DNA of 64,000 nt, taken from assembly GCA_015661075.1 (NCBI GenBank), contig JACVQJ010000001.1:15298-79297 (forward strand), read 5' to 3'. Source of the stretch: Parachlamydiales bacterium (lineage in GTDB: Bacteria; Chlamydiota; Chlamydiia; Chlamydiales; SM23-39). Below the pieces are notes generated by a model that saw nothing but the letters and a program-made list of their open reading frames with translations, had not been told where the DNA came from and made no database searches. Below, piece by piece: positions 49,071-59,608 of this stretch (positions are counted from its first letter, which is position 1; each line of letters starts with the position of its first letter). A program made the position numbers and the translations under genes.

Positions 49071-51815
49071 ATGAACCAAAAAACAATCAAAAAGTCCATT
49101 CCGGAGCCCCCGGCCCCGCCCGCCTCGATTGGCCCTTATGCCATATTGCGCAGCATCGGCCGCGGCGGCATGGGCGAGGTATTTCTCGCGCACGACCCCT
49201 ATTGCGGCCGCCAGCTGGCCCTCAAGCGGATCCGCACGGATTTGGCCAATAATCAGACCATCCTCCAGCGATTTTTGCGAGAAGCGAAGGTCGCCAGCCA
49301 ACTCACCCACCCATCGATCATTCCCATCCTGTCCATCCAAAACGCCCCTCCCGACGTCTACTATACCATGCCGTATGTCGAAGGAGAGACGCTCAAACAA
49401 ATATTGCGCAATGCTCTCGAATCGCAAAACCCGGGAAAATCGATCCCCACCCTCGCCCGCATTTTTTTACAGATCTGCGAGGCCATCGCCTACACTCATT
49501 CCAAGGGAATTTTACATCGCGACTTGAAACCCGAAAACATCATCGTCGGCAAGTACGGCGAAGTGATGATCCTCGATTGGGGCATCGCCGACTTCATCAC
49601 GGAACTGGTGCGTGAAAAACAATCGCCAGCCTCAGACAGGGAACCACACGACGATGAAAATCTGACGCGGCCCGGGAAAATCACCGGCACGATCGCCTAT
49701 ATGGCGCCGGAAAGACTTTTGGGCGAATCCTCATCGCCGGCAGCCGACATCTATTCTCTCGGGGTGATGCTTTACTACATGCTGACGCTGCAGCTCCCGT
49801 TTCAGCGCAAATCGATCGCCGCGTTTCGCAAATCGGCCCAAAACGAACGGCTGATCGATCCCATCGAGGCCGCTCCCTACCGCGACATCCCCCATCAACT
49901 CTGTGCCGTCTGCCGCAAGTGCCTGGCCTATTCACCGAAAGAGCGATTCAAGAATGTCGAAGAGCTCATCGCTGAAATCAAGAGCTACGCTGAAGGCCAC
50001 GCCCAATGGATTCCGATGGCGACTCTCCATCCCAACCAGTCCGATGACTGGCAGTTCCAGGAAAACGTTCTTCCCGCCAAACACATCGCCATCACCCGCG
50101 ATCTCGACGAGACGGAATGGGCCGTCTTCATGATCTCCAAAAAAAGCTTCGCGAGCAGCGTCAAGATCGAAGCCAACATCAAAATATTTCCCGCCAGCCG
50201 CGGTATCGGCTTTTTATTGAACATCCCCCCGGTAGAAGATCGGCGCATGCTCGAAGAGGGGTACTGCCTTTGGCTGACGAATAAACATTGCCGGCTGTAT
50301 CGCAACAACGTGCAAATATTTAGCGTCGCCCACAACCTGAATATGATGGAGCGGCGTTTGCTCTGTTTTGAAAAAGTCGAAGACGTCTTGAAGCTCTTTC
50401 TCGACGGTTCCCCCATTTTCACCTACACCAGCCACCTGCCGCTGGCCGGAGCGCACGTGGGACTGTTGCATAAGGACAGTTCATTCGAGCTCGGACCCGT
50501 CGAGGTATTCGACGCCAGCAATAACGCCTATGTGCGCTGTCTGTCGGTTCCCAACGCCTTCCTCAGCCACAAGCTCTACGATCTGGCCCTGCAGGAATAC
50601 CGACGCATTGGCCAATCATTCCCCGGCCGCCAGGAAGGGCGCGACGCCCTCTTTCGCGCCGGTATCGCCCTATTGGAAAAAGGCAAGGCCCAGCGCACCA
50701 AACAGCTCAAGGAACAGAGTTTTCATCGCGCGCTCAAGGAATTTGGCAATCTGTACCGAACCAGCGGCGCCCCACTGGAGTATCTCGGTAAATCGCTCGT
50801 CTACGACGCTCTCGGCGATCCGGAAGAAGAGGCGAAATGCCTGGAGCTCGCCCTGCGCAAATTTCCCAAGCATCCCCTGCTATCCATCCTCAAGGATCAT
50901 ATCGCCTACCGCATGCACGAAAGCTCGCAGACCATGCGGGATACCGCCTACCGCATCATTCTTCTCGCCATCCGCCATATTCCCGAGCTCCTGGAAAATC
51001 CCGCCACGCACGAACTGATCGATACACTGCAGCGCAATCTGGAGCCTTTGGCCTTCCTGGAAAAATCCGACGACTTCCTATCCCAGATCTCGATTCAGCT
51101 CGCTTTCTGGCTCGCCAAGCCGATGATGCTGGGCGAAATCGCCGCCAATCTGGCCAAGCAGGAAAAGATGGCAGCACCTCTCATTGAAAATGCCCTCTTT
51201 TGCCTGTTGGAGCTGGAAGCACTGCCTCAATTGGAAAAACAGATCTCCACATTACCCTCTAACGCAATCTCGCTGCAGGGCCGAGCTTATTTTGCCGCTG
51301 CGCTGGCCAGCCAGCTTCCTCCTCTGCCCGCCACCGTCTCATGTAAAGAAGCCCGGCTCGTCATTTATCTTTTGCGAAAAGCCCTCGTCCAGCGCCGTTT
51401 TGCCGCCGCCGCCGAGATCATTCGGCAGGTCGAAAAACGCAAATGGAAAAGCCCCGAAAACGTCTCCGTCCATGCCATGGTCGCCTGGTATTATCTTTTG
51501 CGCCGCGACTTCAAAATTGCCGGACAAATATTTAAATCCTACCCCGCATCAGAACTGGATCTGGAATCATCGCCCCTCCATTTTGCCTATGGCTGCTATC
51601 TGTACATGACGGAAGGTCCCGAGATCGCCCAGGCCCACTTCTCCAAAATCCTCGACGCTCCTTATCCTTGCACGGCCGCTCTGCCCAGCCATTTCCTGTT
51701 AGGGCGCATCGACAGCAAAAAGGGATGGATCCAGCGCGCATTCTGGTGGGAAAAAAAGGAACTGCACCGCCAGCTCGATTTCTTCTACGACGTCATAGGA
51801 AAAAACAAAAAATGA
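49071..51815 (+). CDS. pknD: Hanks-type Ser/Thr protein kinase with long helical (TPR-like) C-terminal region, PknD-like
   Basis: 'IGRGGMGEVFLA', 'LALKRI', 'ILHRDLKPENII', 'ILDWGIA', 'GTIAYMAPE'. 914 aa. Sits upstream of valS as in Chlamydia. Confidence 0.8.
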   Translation: MNQKTIKKSIPEPPAPPASIGPYAILRSIGRGGMGEVFLAHDPYCGRQLALKRIRTDLANNQTILQRFLREAKVASQLTHPSIIPILSIQNAPPDVYYTMPYVEGETLKQILRNALESQNPGKSIPTLARIFLQICEAIAYTHSKGILHRDLKPENIIVGKYGEVMILDWGIADFITELVREKQSPASDREPHDDENLTRPGKITGTIAYMAPERLLGESSSPAADIYSLGVMLYYMLTLQLPFQRKSIAAFRKSAQNERLIDPIEAAPYRDIPHQLCAVCRKCLAYSPKERFKNVEELIAEIKSYAEGHAQWIPMATLHPNQSDDWQFQENVLPAKHIAITRDLDETEWAVFMISKKSFASSVKIEANIKIFPASRGIGFLLNIPPVEDRRMLEEGYCLWLTNKHCRLYRNNVQIFSVAHNLNMMERRLLCFEKVEDVLKLFLDGSPIFTYTSHLPLAGAHVGLLHKDSSFELGPVEVFDASNNAYVRCLSVPNAFLSHKLYDLALQEYRRIGQSFPGRQEGRDALFRAGIALLEKGKAQRTKQLKEQSFHRALKEFGNLYRTSGAPLEYLGKSLVYDALGDPEEEAKCLELALRKFPKHPLLSILKDHIAYRMHESSQTMRDTAYRIILLAIRHIPELLENPATHELIDTLQRNLEPLAFLEKSDDFLSQISIQLAFWLAKPMMLGEIAANLAKQEKMAAPLIENALFCLLELEALPQLEKQISTLPSNAISLQGRAYFAAALASQLPPLPATVSCKEARLVIYLLRKALVQRRFAAAAEIIRQVEKRKWKSPENVSVHAMVAWYYLLRRDFKIAGQIFKSYPASELDLESSPLHFAYGCYLYMTEGPEIAQAHFSKILDAPYPCTAALPSHFLLGRIDSKKGWIQRAFWWEKKELHRQLDFFYDVIGKNKK

Positions 51816-52345
51816 AAAAACCCGATATCCGCTCATCCAGAACCGTGTACCGCGGTTATTACAATGTTCGCATGGACTCTTTGATGCGCTCCGACGGCGC
51901 GCTCTTTGACTATACCGTGTTGGACATGTCGGTCGATGCCGCCATCGTCATCGCTGAAACCGTCGATGGCCTCATTGTCGTCAATCGCGAATACCGCCAC
52001 CCGACCGGGGAATGGGTGCTTGGATTTCCCGGCGGACGTCTCGAAACAGGGGAAGATCCTCTCATCGGCGGACAACGAGAGCTTTTTGAAGAAACAGGCT
52101 ATTGGTCAGACGATATTACCCTCATCGGAACCTGCTACCCGCTGCCCAGCATCCTCAATCAAAAAATTTATTTCTTTCACGCGAAAAATGCCGTTTTAAA
52201 AAGCCGCCAGCATCTCGATCCCTTCGAATTCATCGAAATCGAGCTCAAAACGGAGCCGGATTTAAAAAAAGAGATCCGGGAAGGCATGCACATCGACAGC
52301 ATGATGTGTTCTGCTCTCTGGTATAAATCCCTCGTACCATGCTAA
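51812..52345 (+). CDS. NUDIX hydrolase (ADP-ribose pyrophosphatase-like)
   Basis: NUDIX box 'GGRLETGEDPLIGGQRELFEETGY'. ATG 51812 forms an ATGA overlap with the pknD stop. The listed longer ORF (from 51668) lies inside pknD. Confidence 0.8.
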   Translation: MKKPDIRSSRTVYRGYYNVRMDSLMRSDGALFDYTVLDMSVDAAIVIAETVDGLIVVNREYRHPTGEWVLGFPGGRLETGEDPLIGGQRELFEETGYWSDDITLIGTCYPLPSILNQKIYFFHAKNAVLKSRQHLDPFEFIEIELKTEPDLKKEIREGMHIDSMMCSALWYKSLVPC

Positions 52346-52357
52346 ACTTTACCCATT

Positions 52358-55186
52358 ATGTCCTCATTGCCCAAAGCCTACGATCCAAAACTCGTTGAAG
52401 ACAAATGGTACTCCTTTTGGGAATCCAAAGGGTTTTTCCGGGCAGACCCCCATTCGAAAAAAAAACCGTTTTGCATCGTCATCCCCCCGCCCAATGTCAC
52501 CGGTGTTCTTCATATGGGCCATGCGCTGGGCAATACGCTGGACGATATCCTGATCCGCACCAAGCGCATGCAGGGCTTCGAGGCATTGTGGGTTCCCGGA
52601 ACCGATCACGCCGGCATCGCGACTCAAACCGTCGTCGAGAGGCATCTTTATTCCAAAACAGGCCGCCGCCGCAAAGATTTTACCCGCGAAGAGTTCTTAA
52701 CCCATGTGTGGGAGTGGAAGGAGCTGAGCGAAAAGAAGATCATCCAGCAGATCAAAAAACTCGGCTGTTCCTGCGACTGGTCTCGCCTGTGCTTCACGAT
52801 GGACGAACAGCGCTCGCGCGCGGTGCGCACGGCATTCAAGAAACTTTTCGATCAGGGCCTGATCTACCGCGGCCACTACCTCGTCAACTGGGATCCCGTG
52901 GCGCAGACGGCTCTGTCCGACGACGAAGTGGAGCACGAGGAAAGAGCGTCGTCGCTGTGGTATATCCGCTATCCGCTGAAACACTCCGACAAATTTCTCA
53001 CGATTGCCACGACGCGCCCCGAGACGCTACTCGGAGATGTGGCTGTGGCCGTCCATCCGGATGACGAGCGGTATCGATCCTTCATCGGCGAGCATGTCCG
53101 CCTTCCCCTGACGGATCGGCTCATTCCTGTTATCGCCGACGCATTAGTCGATCCGAAGTTCGGCACCGGCGCTTTGAAAATTACCCCTGCGCATGATTTC
53201 AACGACTATGAGATCGCCCAGCGCCACCATTTGCCGATGATCAACATCATGACGATGGACGGCAAAATCAATGAGCAAGGCGGCCAATTTCAGGGCCTGA
53301 CAATGGATCAGGCGCGCGAACAAGTCATCGATGCGCTGATCGAAATGGGGCTGCTCGACAAAATCGAGCCACACACCCTGCGCGTCGGCGTATCGTACCG
53401 CTCGAAGGCCGTTATCCAGCCCTATCTGTCGCGCCAGTGGTTTGTTCGAATGAGCCAATTCAAGGACGAGCTACTATCGGCCGTGCGCGAAAAACGGGTC
53501 GATCTCCTCCCGCCGCATTTTCAGCCGACCTACGAGCACTGGATCGAAAACCTGAGAGACTGGTGCATCTCGCGCCAACTCTGGTGGGGGCATCGCATAC
53601 CGATCTGGTACGAAAAGGAAAACCCCGAAAACATCATTTGTTACGATGGCGAAGACCTTCCCCCTCAAGTTCAAAAAAATCCGGATCAATGGGAACAGGA
53701 TGCCGATGTATTGGACACCTGGTTTTCTTCAGCTCTGTGGCCCTTCAGCGTTTTCGGCTGGCCGGAGCACACCTTTGATCTGAAAAAATTCTATCCCACA
53801 TCCATTCTCATCACCGGCCACGACATTCTCTTTTTCTGGGTCGCGCGCATGATTCTCATGGGCGAAATTCTGATGAAAGACGTCCCGTTTCGCGAAACAT
53901 TTTTGCACGGGCTGATTTACGGCAAGTCCTACTGGCGAAGATCGGCCGACGGCTCCATCGCCTATGTCAAACCCGAAGAAAAAAAGAGCTTCGATCTCGG
54001 CGCTCCCTTGCCCTCGGATGTCGATTCCAAATGGGAAAAGATGTCCAAATCGAAGGGCAACGTGATCGATCCGATCGAGATCATCGACGAATACGGCACC
54101 GATGCCTTGCGCATGGCCCTTTGCTCCAGCGCCACATCCGCGCGCCAGATTGATCTCGACCGCCGGCGCTTTGAGGAATTCAAAAATTTCGCCAATAAAA
54201 TCTGGAATGGCGCGCGCTTTGTGTTCCTCAATCTCGAGGCGAATCAGGACCTTCCCGCCCTCAGCGGCGAGTCTCTCGGCGCAGGGCTGGAACTCCATCT
54301 GCTGACTCTGGAAGATCGTTGGATCCTGTCCGTCCTGAACCGCACGATCGCCGATTTGAACAAGAGCCTGTCTGACTACGCATTCGATCGAGCCGCTACC
54401 CGCGGATATGAATTTTTCTGGAACGATTTTTGCGCGCAATACGTTGAATTAACCAAACCCGTTCTCTTCGGCAAGAGCGGCACGCCGGCCATGCGGGAAA
54501 ATAAACAAAAGATTCTGGCCATCATTTTGTGCGCCGCCATCCGCCTGCTTCATCCAATCGCACCGTTCATCACTGAAGAGATTTTCTCACTGCTGCGCGA
54601 GCGATTTGCCCAAATTAAACCGTCTGCAAAAGTCGATCCCTACACCCGCGATTTTGCGACAGCTCTCCATTCCGACGCCTGCATCGTGGCCCCCTATCCT
54701 ACCGTACTCGATGAATCTCATATCTCGAGCGACATCGAATCGACATTCGAGGCGATGATCAAGCTCGTCTATGCAGTGCGCAATATCCGCGCCGAGATGC
54801 AGCTGCCGCCCTCGGAAAAAACCGAGCTGTATCTGTTCGGGCCCGTCATTCGCGAGCATCAGGATATGCTGCTGGCTCTGACGCCGACCATAGCCATTCA
54901 CTATGTGCGCAATGAATCCGATCTGCCGGCATTTGGCGCTAGCGCGATCATTGGATCGATCAAACTGATGGTGCCGATCCCCGATTCATTCAAGGGAAAA
55001 GAGAAAGCTCGCCTGGAAAAGGAAAAAGATAAACTGGAAAAACAGCGCGCGGCCACCATGCAAAAGCTCTCCAATGAAGACTTTCGCGCCAAAGCTCCTG
55101 CTGAGATCGTCCAAAATCTCGTACAAGCATTGAACGCCGCAGAAAAACAGCTCGCCGAAATCCAGGCGCGGCTGCAATCGCTCTGA
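52358..55186 (+). CDS. valS: valine--tRNA ligase
   Basis: 'PPPNVTGVLHMGHA' (HIGH), 'KMSKSKGN', C-terminal coiled coil. Confidence 0.95.
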   Translation: MSSLPKAYDPKLVEDKWYSFWESKGFFRADPHSKKKPFCIVIPPPNVTGVLHMGHALGNTLDDILIRTKRMQGFEALWVPGTDHAGIATQTVVERHLYSKTGRRRKDFTREEFLTHVWEWKELSEKKIIQQIKKLGCSCDWSRLCFTMDEQRSRAVRTAFKKLFDQGLIYRGHYLVNWDPVAQTALSDDEVEHEERASSLWYIRYPLKHSDKFLTIATTRPETLLGDVAVAVHPDDERYRSFIGEHVRLPLTDRLIPVIADALVDPKFGTGALKITPAHDFNDYEIAQRHHLPMINIMTMDGKINEQGGQFQGLTMDQAREQVIDALIEMGLLDKIEPHTLRVGVSYRSKAVIQPYLSRQWFVRMSQFKDELLSAVREKRVDLLPPHFQPTYEHWIENLRDWCISRQLWWGHRIPIWYEKENPENIICYDGEDLPPQVQKNPDQWEQDADVLDTWFSSALWPFSVFGWPEHTFDLKKFYPTSILITGHDILFFWVARMILMGEILMKDVPFRETFLHGLIYGKSYWRRSADGSIAYVKPEEKKSFDLGAPLPSDVDSKWEKMSKSKGNVIDPIEIIDEYGTDALRMALCSSATSARQIDLDRRRFEEFKNFANKIWNGARFVFLNLEANQDLPALSGESLGAGLELHLLTLEDRWILSVLNRTIADLNKSLSDYAFDRAATRGYEFFWNDFCAQYVELTKPVLFGKSGTPAMRENKQKILAIILCAAIRLLHPIAPFITEEIFSLLRERFAQIKPSAKVDPYTRDFATALHSDACIVAPYPTVLDESHISSDIESTFEAMIKLVYAVRNIRAEMQLPPSEKTELYLFGPVIREHQDMLLALTPTIAIHYVRNESDLPAFGASAIIGSIKLMVPIPDSFKGKEKARLEKEKDKLEKQRAATMQKLSNEDFRAKAPAEIVQNLVQALNAAEKQLAEIQARLQSL

Positions 55187-55193
55187 GATAACT

Positions 55194-56225
55194 ATGAGCT
55201 TCATTTACCCCGCCCTCCTCAAAAAAGAGCTGCCTCTTTCCGCACGCGCTCGCGATTTTATCTCATCAGCCCGCGCCCAAGCCGCTGCGATCATGGAGCA
55301 TCGCGATCACCGGCTGGTCTGCATTGTCGGTCCCTGCTCGATCCATGATCCGGCGTCCGCAATTGAATATGCCGAACGACTCCAGCGCCTGAAGCGCGCA
55401 ATCGATCACTCCATTTTCCTGGTCATGCGCTGTTATTGCGAAAAATCGCGCACGAATGGCGGCTGGAAAGGGCTGATCTCCGATCCCGGCCTCGACGGCT
55501 CGTGCGATATCGCCCGCGGGCTATATATCACCCGCCGGCTTCTTCTCGATCTGGCCGAGCGGCAAATCCCTGCTGCCGCTGAATTCCTCGACCCCCTGGC
55601 CGCTCCCTATTACGACGATCTCATCACCTGGGGCTTCATCGGCGCCCGCACCGCCTCATCGCATCCCCACCGCCAACTGGCCTCGTCATTCGATTTTCCC
55701 GTGGGATTTAAAAATAACATCTATGGCGAGCTCGACGCCTCCATTTACGGCGCCGCTAGCGCGCAAAAGCCGCAAACATTCTTATCGATCAATGATGCAG
55801 GTCATATCGCCACACTCACCAGCCGGGGGAATCCCTGGACCCATATCGTCCTGCGCGGATCTGTCTTGGAGCCAAATTTCAACGAGGGCTCAGTTAAGCA
55901 GGCCATTGGCCATCTCCAAAAGAATCATCTCGAATCGCATCTCATGATCGACTGCTCCCATGGCAACAGCGGCAAAGACCATCGCCGCCAGGAGCAGGTA
56001 TTCCAATCGATCCTGAATCAAATCCAGAGCCATGCGCCCATCATCGGCATCATGCTGGAGAGCCATCTCAATGAGGGGCGGCAAGCCCTATTAGACGATC
56101 CAGTCCAGCTTGGCTACGGCATATCGATTACGGATTCCTGCGTCGGATGGGAAGAGACTGAGGAGATGCTGCTCTCAGCCGCTTCGCTGCTCTCCCCCAC
56201 CTCGATCAGCTGGGTCCAGAAATGA
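55194..56225 (+). CDS. aroG: 3-deoxy-7-phosphoheptulonate (DAHP) synthase, class I
   Basis: 'LVCIVGPCSIHD', 'EKSRTNGGWKGLISDP', 'IGARTASSHPHRQLAS', 'IDCSHGNS'. The isozyme (aroF/G/H) cannot be told from sequence alone. Confidence 0.85.
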   Translation: MSFIYPALLKKELPLSARARDFISSARAQAAAIMEHRDHRLVCIVGPCSIHDPASAIEYAERLQRLKRAIDHSIFLVMRCYCEKSRTNGGWKGLISDPGLDGSCDIARGLYITRRLLLDLAERQIPAAAEFLDPLAAPYYDDLITWGFIGARTASSHPHRQLASSFDFPVGFKNNIYGELDASIYGAASAQKPQTFLSINDAGHIATLTSRGNPWTHIVLRGSVLEPNFNEGSVKQAIGHLQKNHLESHLMIDCSHGNSGKDHRRQEQVFQSILNQIQSHAPIIGIMLESHLNEGRQALLDDPVQLGYGISITDSCVGWEETEEMLLSAASLLSPTSISWVQK

Positions 56226-56623
56226 TGGTTCCAGGATTCAATGACTTCCTGGTCCCGCGTCAAGACGCGGACGCGGTAAGTCAGGATCTTTTCATTGGGA
56301 AAGAAATAGGCGCGATAACCTCTTTTCTTGGCGAGGGGATAGGTGATTTCCTTTTGCGTATCGCCCCAAAAGCGAACGGAAATGGCCAGCGTGAGTTCCT
56401 TTTGAAAGACGCTGCGGGGAAAGTCCCAGGCAATCAGCAACCGCTGGCCCTCCGGAGGATCGTCCTGTCTTGGATCGGGAGTATTGACATGGGAACTAGC
56501 TAAAAAGTTTTTATCCACCCATTCCTGCTGCACATAGAGATGATGGCGGTAGCAGCCCGTAAAGAGCAAAAGCGCCGCTAGAATCTTGTACTTGGAACAG
56601 AATTTACATATACTTATACCCAT
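56114..56623 (-). CDS. hypothetical lipoprotein
   Basis: Start set to Met46 of the listed ORF: 'MGISICKFCSKYKILAALLLFTGC' (signal peptide plus lipobox). The 3' end overlaps aroG by 112 nt. Confidence 0.4.
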   Translation of the reverse strand: MGISICKFCSKYKILAALLLFTGCYRHHLYVQQEWVDKNFLASSHVNTPDPRQDDPPEGQRLLIAWDFPRSVFQKELTLAISVRFWGDTQKEITYPLAKKRGYRAYFFPNEKILTYRVRVLTRDQEVIESWNHHFWTQLIEVGESSEAAESSISSVSSHPTQESVIDMP

Positions 56624-57128
56624 GATACCTAAAAGTGTTTCCGGCGCTGTTTTTTCCGACGATCGCCAACAAGTCTTGTTAATCTTACGGCGGGACGTGC
56701 CTGTCTGGGTGTTGCCCGGCGGCGGCATCGACCCCAATGAGACCCCGGAAAATGCCATTGTCCGTGAGATTTTGGAAGAAACCGGTTTTCATGTCAAAAT
56801 ATGTCGCCTCGCAGGTGTTTATATGCCCATCAACCGCCTCGCCCACACAACCCATCTCTACGAATGCAAGATCAACGCAGGAAAGCCAACATTGTCCAAC
56901 GAGACGAAAGGCGTCCGTTTTTTCCCGCTCAATGCTTTACCACCGATGCCCGTTCCTTATGGGGAATGGATCCTGGATGCGCTCGCGATCCAGCCGACTA
57001 TCCACAAGCGCCTGTCCAGCGTCAACTATTGGAACCTATTCAAGAATTTACTCCTTCATCCCCTGCTAGTTGGCCGCTTTTTGCTCAGCCGCCTTGGGCT
57101 ACCAATCAATTCCAAGAGAAACACATGA
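56622..57128 (+). CDS. NUDIX hydrolase
   Basis: NUDIX box 'GGGIDPNETPENAIVREILEETGF'. ATG 56622; the alternative is the TTG at 56586. Confidence 0.75.
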   Translation: MIPKSVSGAVFSDDRQQVLLILRRDVPVWVLPGGGIDPNETPENAIVREILEETGFHVKICRLAGVYMPINRLAHTTHLYECKINAGKPTLSNETKGVRFFPLNALPPMPVPYGEWILDALAIQPTIHKRLSSVNYWNLFKNLLLHPLLVGRFLLSRLGLPINSKRNT

Positions 57129-57340
57129 CGGTGGCCGGAGGTAATATGTCTCCTGCCTTTTTCGAGGAGATTAACCAATTAAGCGTATTTTTTAATCCGA
57201 GTGGTTCCATTTACTACCCTCTGGGCTTTCTAAAAATAAAAGTCAGCTTTTTTTTCCTTCAGCAATCGAAAAAATTTTGCATCTATTGCTGCTTTAACTC
57301 TTCAGGAAAAGAGCGCGATCTCGAAATCATGGAAATAAAA

Positions 57341-57475
57341 TTGAAGAACTCCTTCCTAAAGGAAGGAGATTCTTCGACAGTTAATGGCGGGCGCTTAAAA
57401 GCGCCCGATCAAATAAATAGCCCGGCTTACCCGCCCCTGAAGGAGTGGGATTGCGCTTCGAGCCAGCTGTTCAAC
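57341..57475 (+). repeat. three-hairpin intergenic repeat, copy D (most diverged)
   Basis: TTGAAGAAC-[CTCCTTCC taaa GGAAGGAG]-[CGGGCGC ttaaaa GCGCCCG]-[H3-like]-GTTCAAC. Same architecture as copies A-C with different stem sequences. Confidence 0.6.
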
Positions 57476-57758
57476 GATCATCGCATTGAAAGCATCCAAA
57501 GACAGAAAATATTCACGTGCGAGCGAGCGGTCATGGTTCCATTTGATGAGAGCAAAACAATCGATCATTTAGCAGATCTCGTTTCAGAATGTAAACGAGT
57601 TAATTTTTATTTTATTATGCAAATCAATGATAAATTATATGCCGCAAGGCGAAAGATCGAAGAGATTACACATCGTATCCCTAACAACTATCACGAAGAT
57701 CAGGAATACTGGTCTGATTCTGAAGATCTAAATCTAATTGATTTGGGATATCCATGTT

Positions 57759-59159
57759 CTAATGAATATTTGGACTAATCATCTTTTTCGGATTGACGAT
57801 CTCATCGAATTGCTTTTCCGTCAAAAATCCCAATTGGGTGGCGGCCGATTTTAAAGTGATGTCCTCCGTATATGCCTTTTTCACGATGGCCGACGCCTTT
57901 TCATAACCAATTTTAGTGTTGAGAGCCGTGGCAAGCATCAGAGACTGTTCCAGGTTCTCCTGAATCTTTTTGACGTTCGGGCGAATACCCTTCAGGCACT
58001 TCTCGTTAAAATTTTCAACGGCATCCGCAATCAGATGAATGGACCCCAGAAGATTATGAATCATCACCGGCTTGAATACATTGAGCTCAAAATTTCCCAT
58101 CGATCCGGCAATCGCAATCGCGGCATCATTGCCCATCACCTGGGCAGCGACCATCATCACAGCCTCGCACTGGGTCGGATTGACTTTGCCGGGCATGATC
58201 GATGATCCCGGTTCATTGACAGGCAACAGCAATTCGCCAATCCCACACCGTGGGCCGGAAGCGCTCCAACGAATGTCGTTCGCAATCTTCATAAGTCCAA
58301 CCACCGTCTGGCGAAGGGCGGCACTCATTGCAACAATGGAATCGCGCGCGGCCAGCGCTTCAAATTTATTCGGCGCCGTGACGAAATGGAGCCCCGTCAA
58401 ATGGCTGATCACTTCGGCGGAGCGCTTGGCATAGGGCTCTTTAGTATTCATGCCTGTTCCCACGGCTGTCCCGCCTAAGGCAAGCTCTGATAGATGAATC
58501 ATTGCAAACTCAATCGCCTGCAGAGAGTGCTTCATCTGCGACGCGTAGCCTGAAAATTCCTGGCCGAGGGTGATGGGCGTCGCGTCCATGAGATGCGTGC
58601 GCCCTACTTTAATGATCTTGGCCCATTCTTTCGTTTTCTTTTCGAGCTCATCGTAAAAAAGCGTCAGCTTGGGAGTAAGCTTTTCGCGGATCAGCTTCAC
58701 GGCAGCGATATTCATGGCCGTCGGAAAAACGTCGTTGGATGATTGCGAAAGGTTGACATCGTCATTCGGATGGATGGGTTTTTTGCACCCCATCTCGCCA
58801 TTAGACAGCTCGATGGCGCGATTGCTGATGACCTCGTTGACGTTCATATTGGTCTGGGTCCCCGAACCCGTTTGCCAGACCACTAGAGGGAAATGATCGT
58901 CGAGCTGACCAGCGATGATCTCGTCGCAAACACGGGCAATCAAATCCTTTTTTTCAACAGACAGCAGCTTGAGCTCGCAATTGACAATGGCCGATGCTTT
59001 TTTAACAACCGCTAAAGCCCGAATAATTTCGATCGGCATCTTGTGGCCGCCGATCTTGAAATTCAGACGCGATCGCTCCGTCTGCGCGCCCCAATAGCGA
59101 TCAGCAGCCACATGAACCTCGCCGATCGTATCTTTTTCCGTCCGAAATTTCTCTTTCAC
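57759..59159 (-). CDS. fumC: class II fumarate hydratase
   Basis: '[16 protein letters not shown]' signature, 466 aa. Confidence 0.95.
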   Translation of the reverse strand: MKEKFRTEKDTIGEVHVAADRYWGAQTERSRLNFKIGGHKMPIEIIRALAVVKKASAIVNCELKLLSVEKKDLIARVCDEIIAGQLDDHFPLVVWQTGSGTQTNMNVNEVISNRAIELSNGEMGCKKPIHPNDDVNLSQSSNDVFPTAMNIAAVKLIREKLTPKLTLFYDELEKKTKEWAKIIKVGRTHLMDATPITLGQEFSGYASQMKHSLQAIEFAMIHLSELALGGTAVGTGMNTKEPYAKRSAEVISHLTGLHFVTAPNKFEALAARDSIVAMSAALRQTVVGLMKIANDIRWSASGPRCGIGELLLPVNEPGSSIMPGKVNPTQCEAVMMVAAQVMGNDAAIAIAGSMGNFELNVFKPVMIHNLLGSIHLIADAVENFNEKCLKGIRPNVKKIQENLEQSLMLATALNTKIGYEKASAIVKKAYTEDITLKSAATQLGFLTEKQFDEIVNPKKMISPNIH

Positions 59160-59168
59160 GGGCGACTC

Positions 59169-59594
59169 CTATCGAATAATCAATAGCGCAAAAACAAATG
59201 CGAACAGCGCAAAACCCTCAATTAGTCCTAAAGCCGTCCAGCACAAGCCAAAAAGTGCAGGATTCTTGGCCGTTGCCTGGATGGCAGTGGCGGCGCACTT
59301 CCCCTGGAAAATGGCCGATAGCATGATCGCAGAGCCGACAAAGATAGCGATGCCGATCCCGTTCTCTGGCGACAGCGTGTGGGCGTTGATGCTTTGTTGA
59401 ATGAAAATCATCAGCAAAAACCCCAAGACCGATTGAGTCGACGGAGCTGCGGCCAAAGCCACGTATTTGGCGTGACCTTCCTCGACGCGCGACATCACTC
59501 CATGCGACGCCATGCCTGCGATACCGCAACCGATTATGCTTCCCAAGCAACCAAGCCCGAGAACGATGGCCGGTCCGATCATGCTAATATCCAT
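59169..59594 (-). CDS. atpK: V-type ATP synthase subunit K (proteolipid)
   Basis: 141 aa with four hydrophobic helices and a conserved Glu in 'LGLIEGFALFAF'. Position in the V-ATPase cluster. Confidence 0.85.
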   Translation of the reverse strand: MDISMIGPAIVLGLGCLGSIIGCGIAGMASHGVMSRVEEGHAKYVALAAAPSTQSVLGFLLMIFIQQSINAHTLSPENGIGIAIFVGSAIMLSAIFQGKCAATAIQATAKNPALFGLCWTALGLIEGFALFAFVFALLIIR

Positions 59595-59608
59595 AACGAT
59601 TCTCCCAT

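Noticed and set aside
51668-51811. Longer NUDIX ORF starting inside pknD, and the analogous long N-terminal extension of the lipoprotein ORF up to 56758
   Set aside because: The extensions are alternative or antisense frames of neighbouring genes. The internal ATGs give an ATGA coupling (51812) and a proper signal peptide plus lipobox (56623).
56801-57778. 325-aa plus-strand ORF spanning the NUDIX gene (out of frame), repeat copy D and the fumC 3' end
   Set aside because: The first third is an alternative frame of a motif-bearing NUDIX gene, and the middle is translated hairpin repeat. Only the last ~81 codons (ATG 57533..57778, AT-rich, acidic) could be a small gene, and I have no evidence for it beyond being open.
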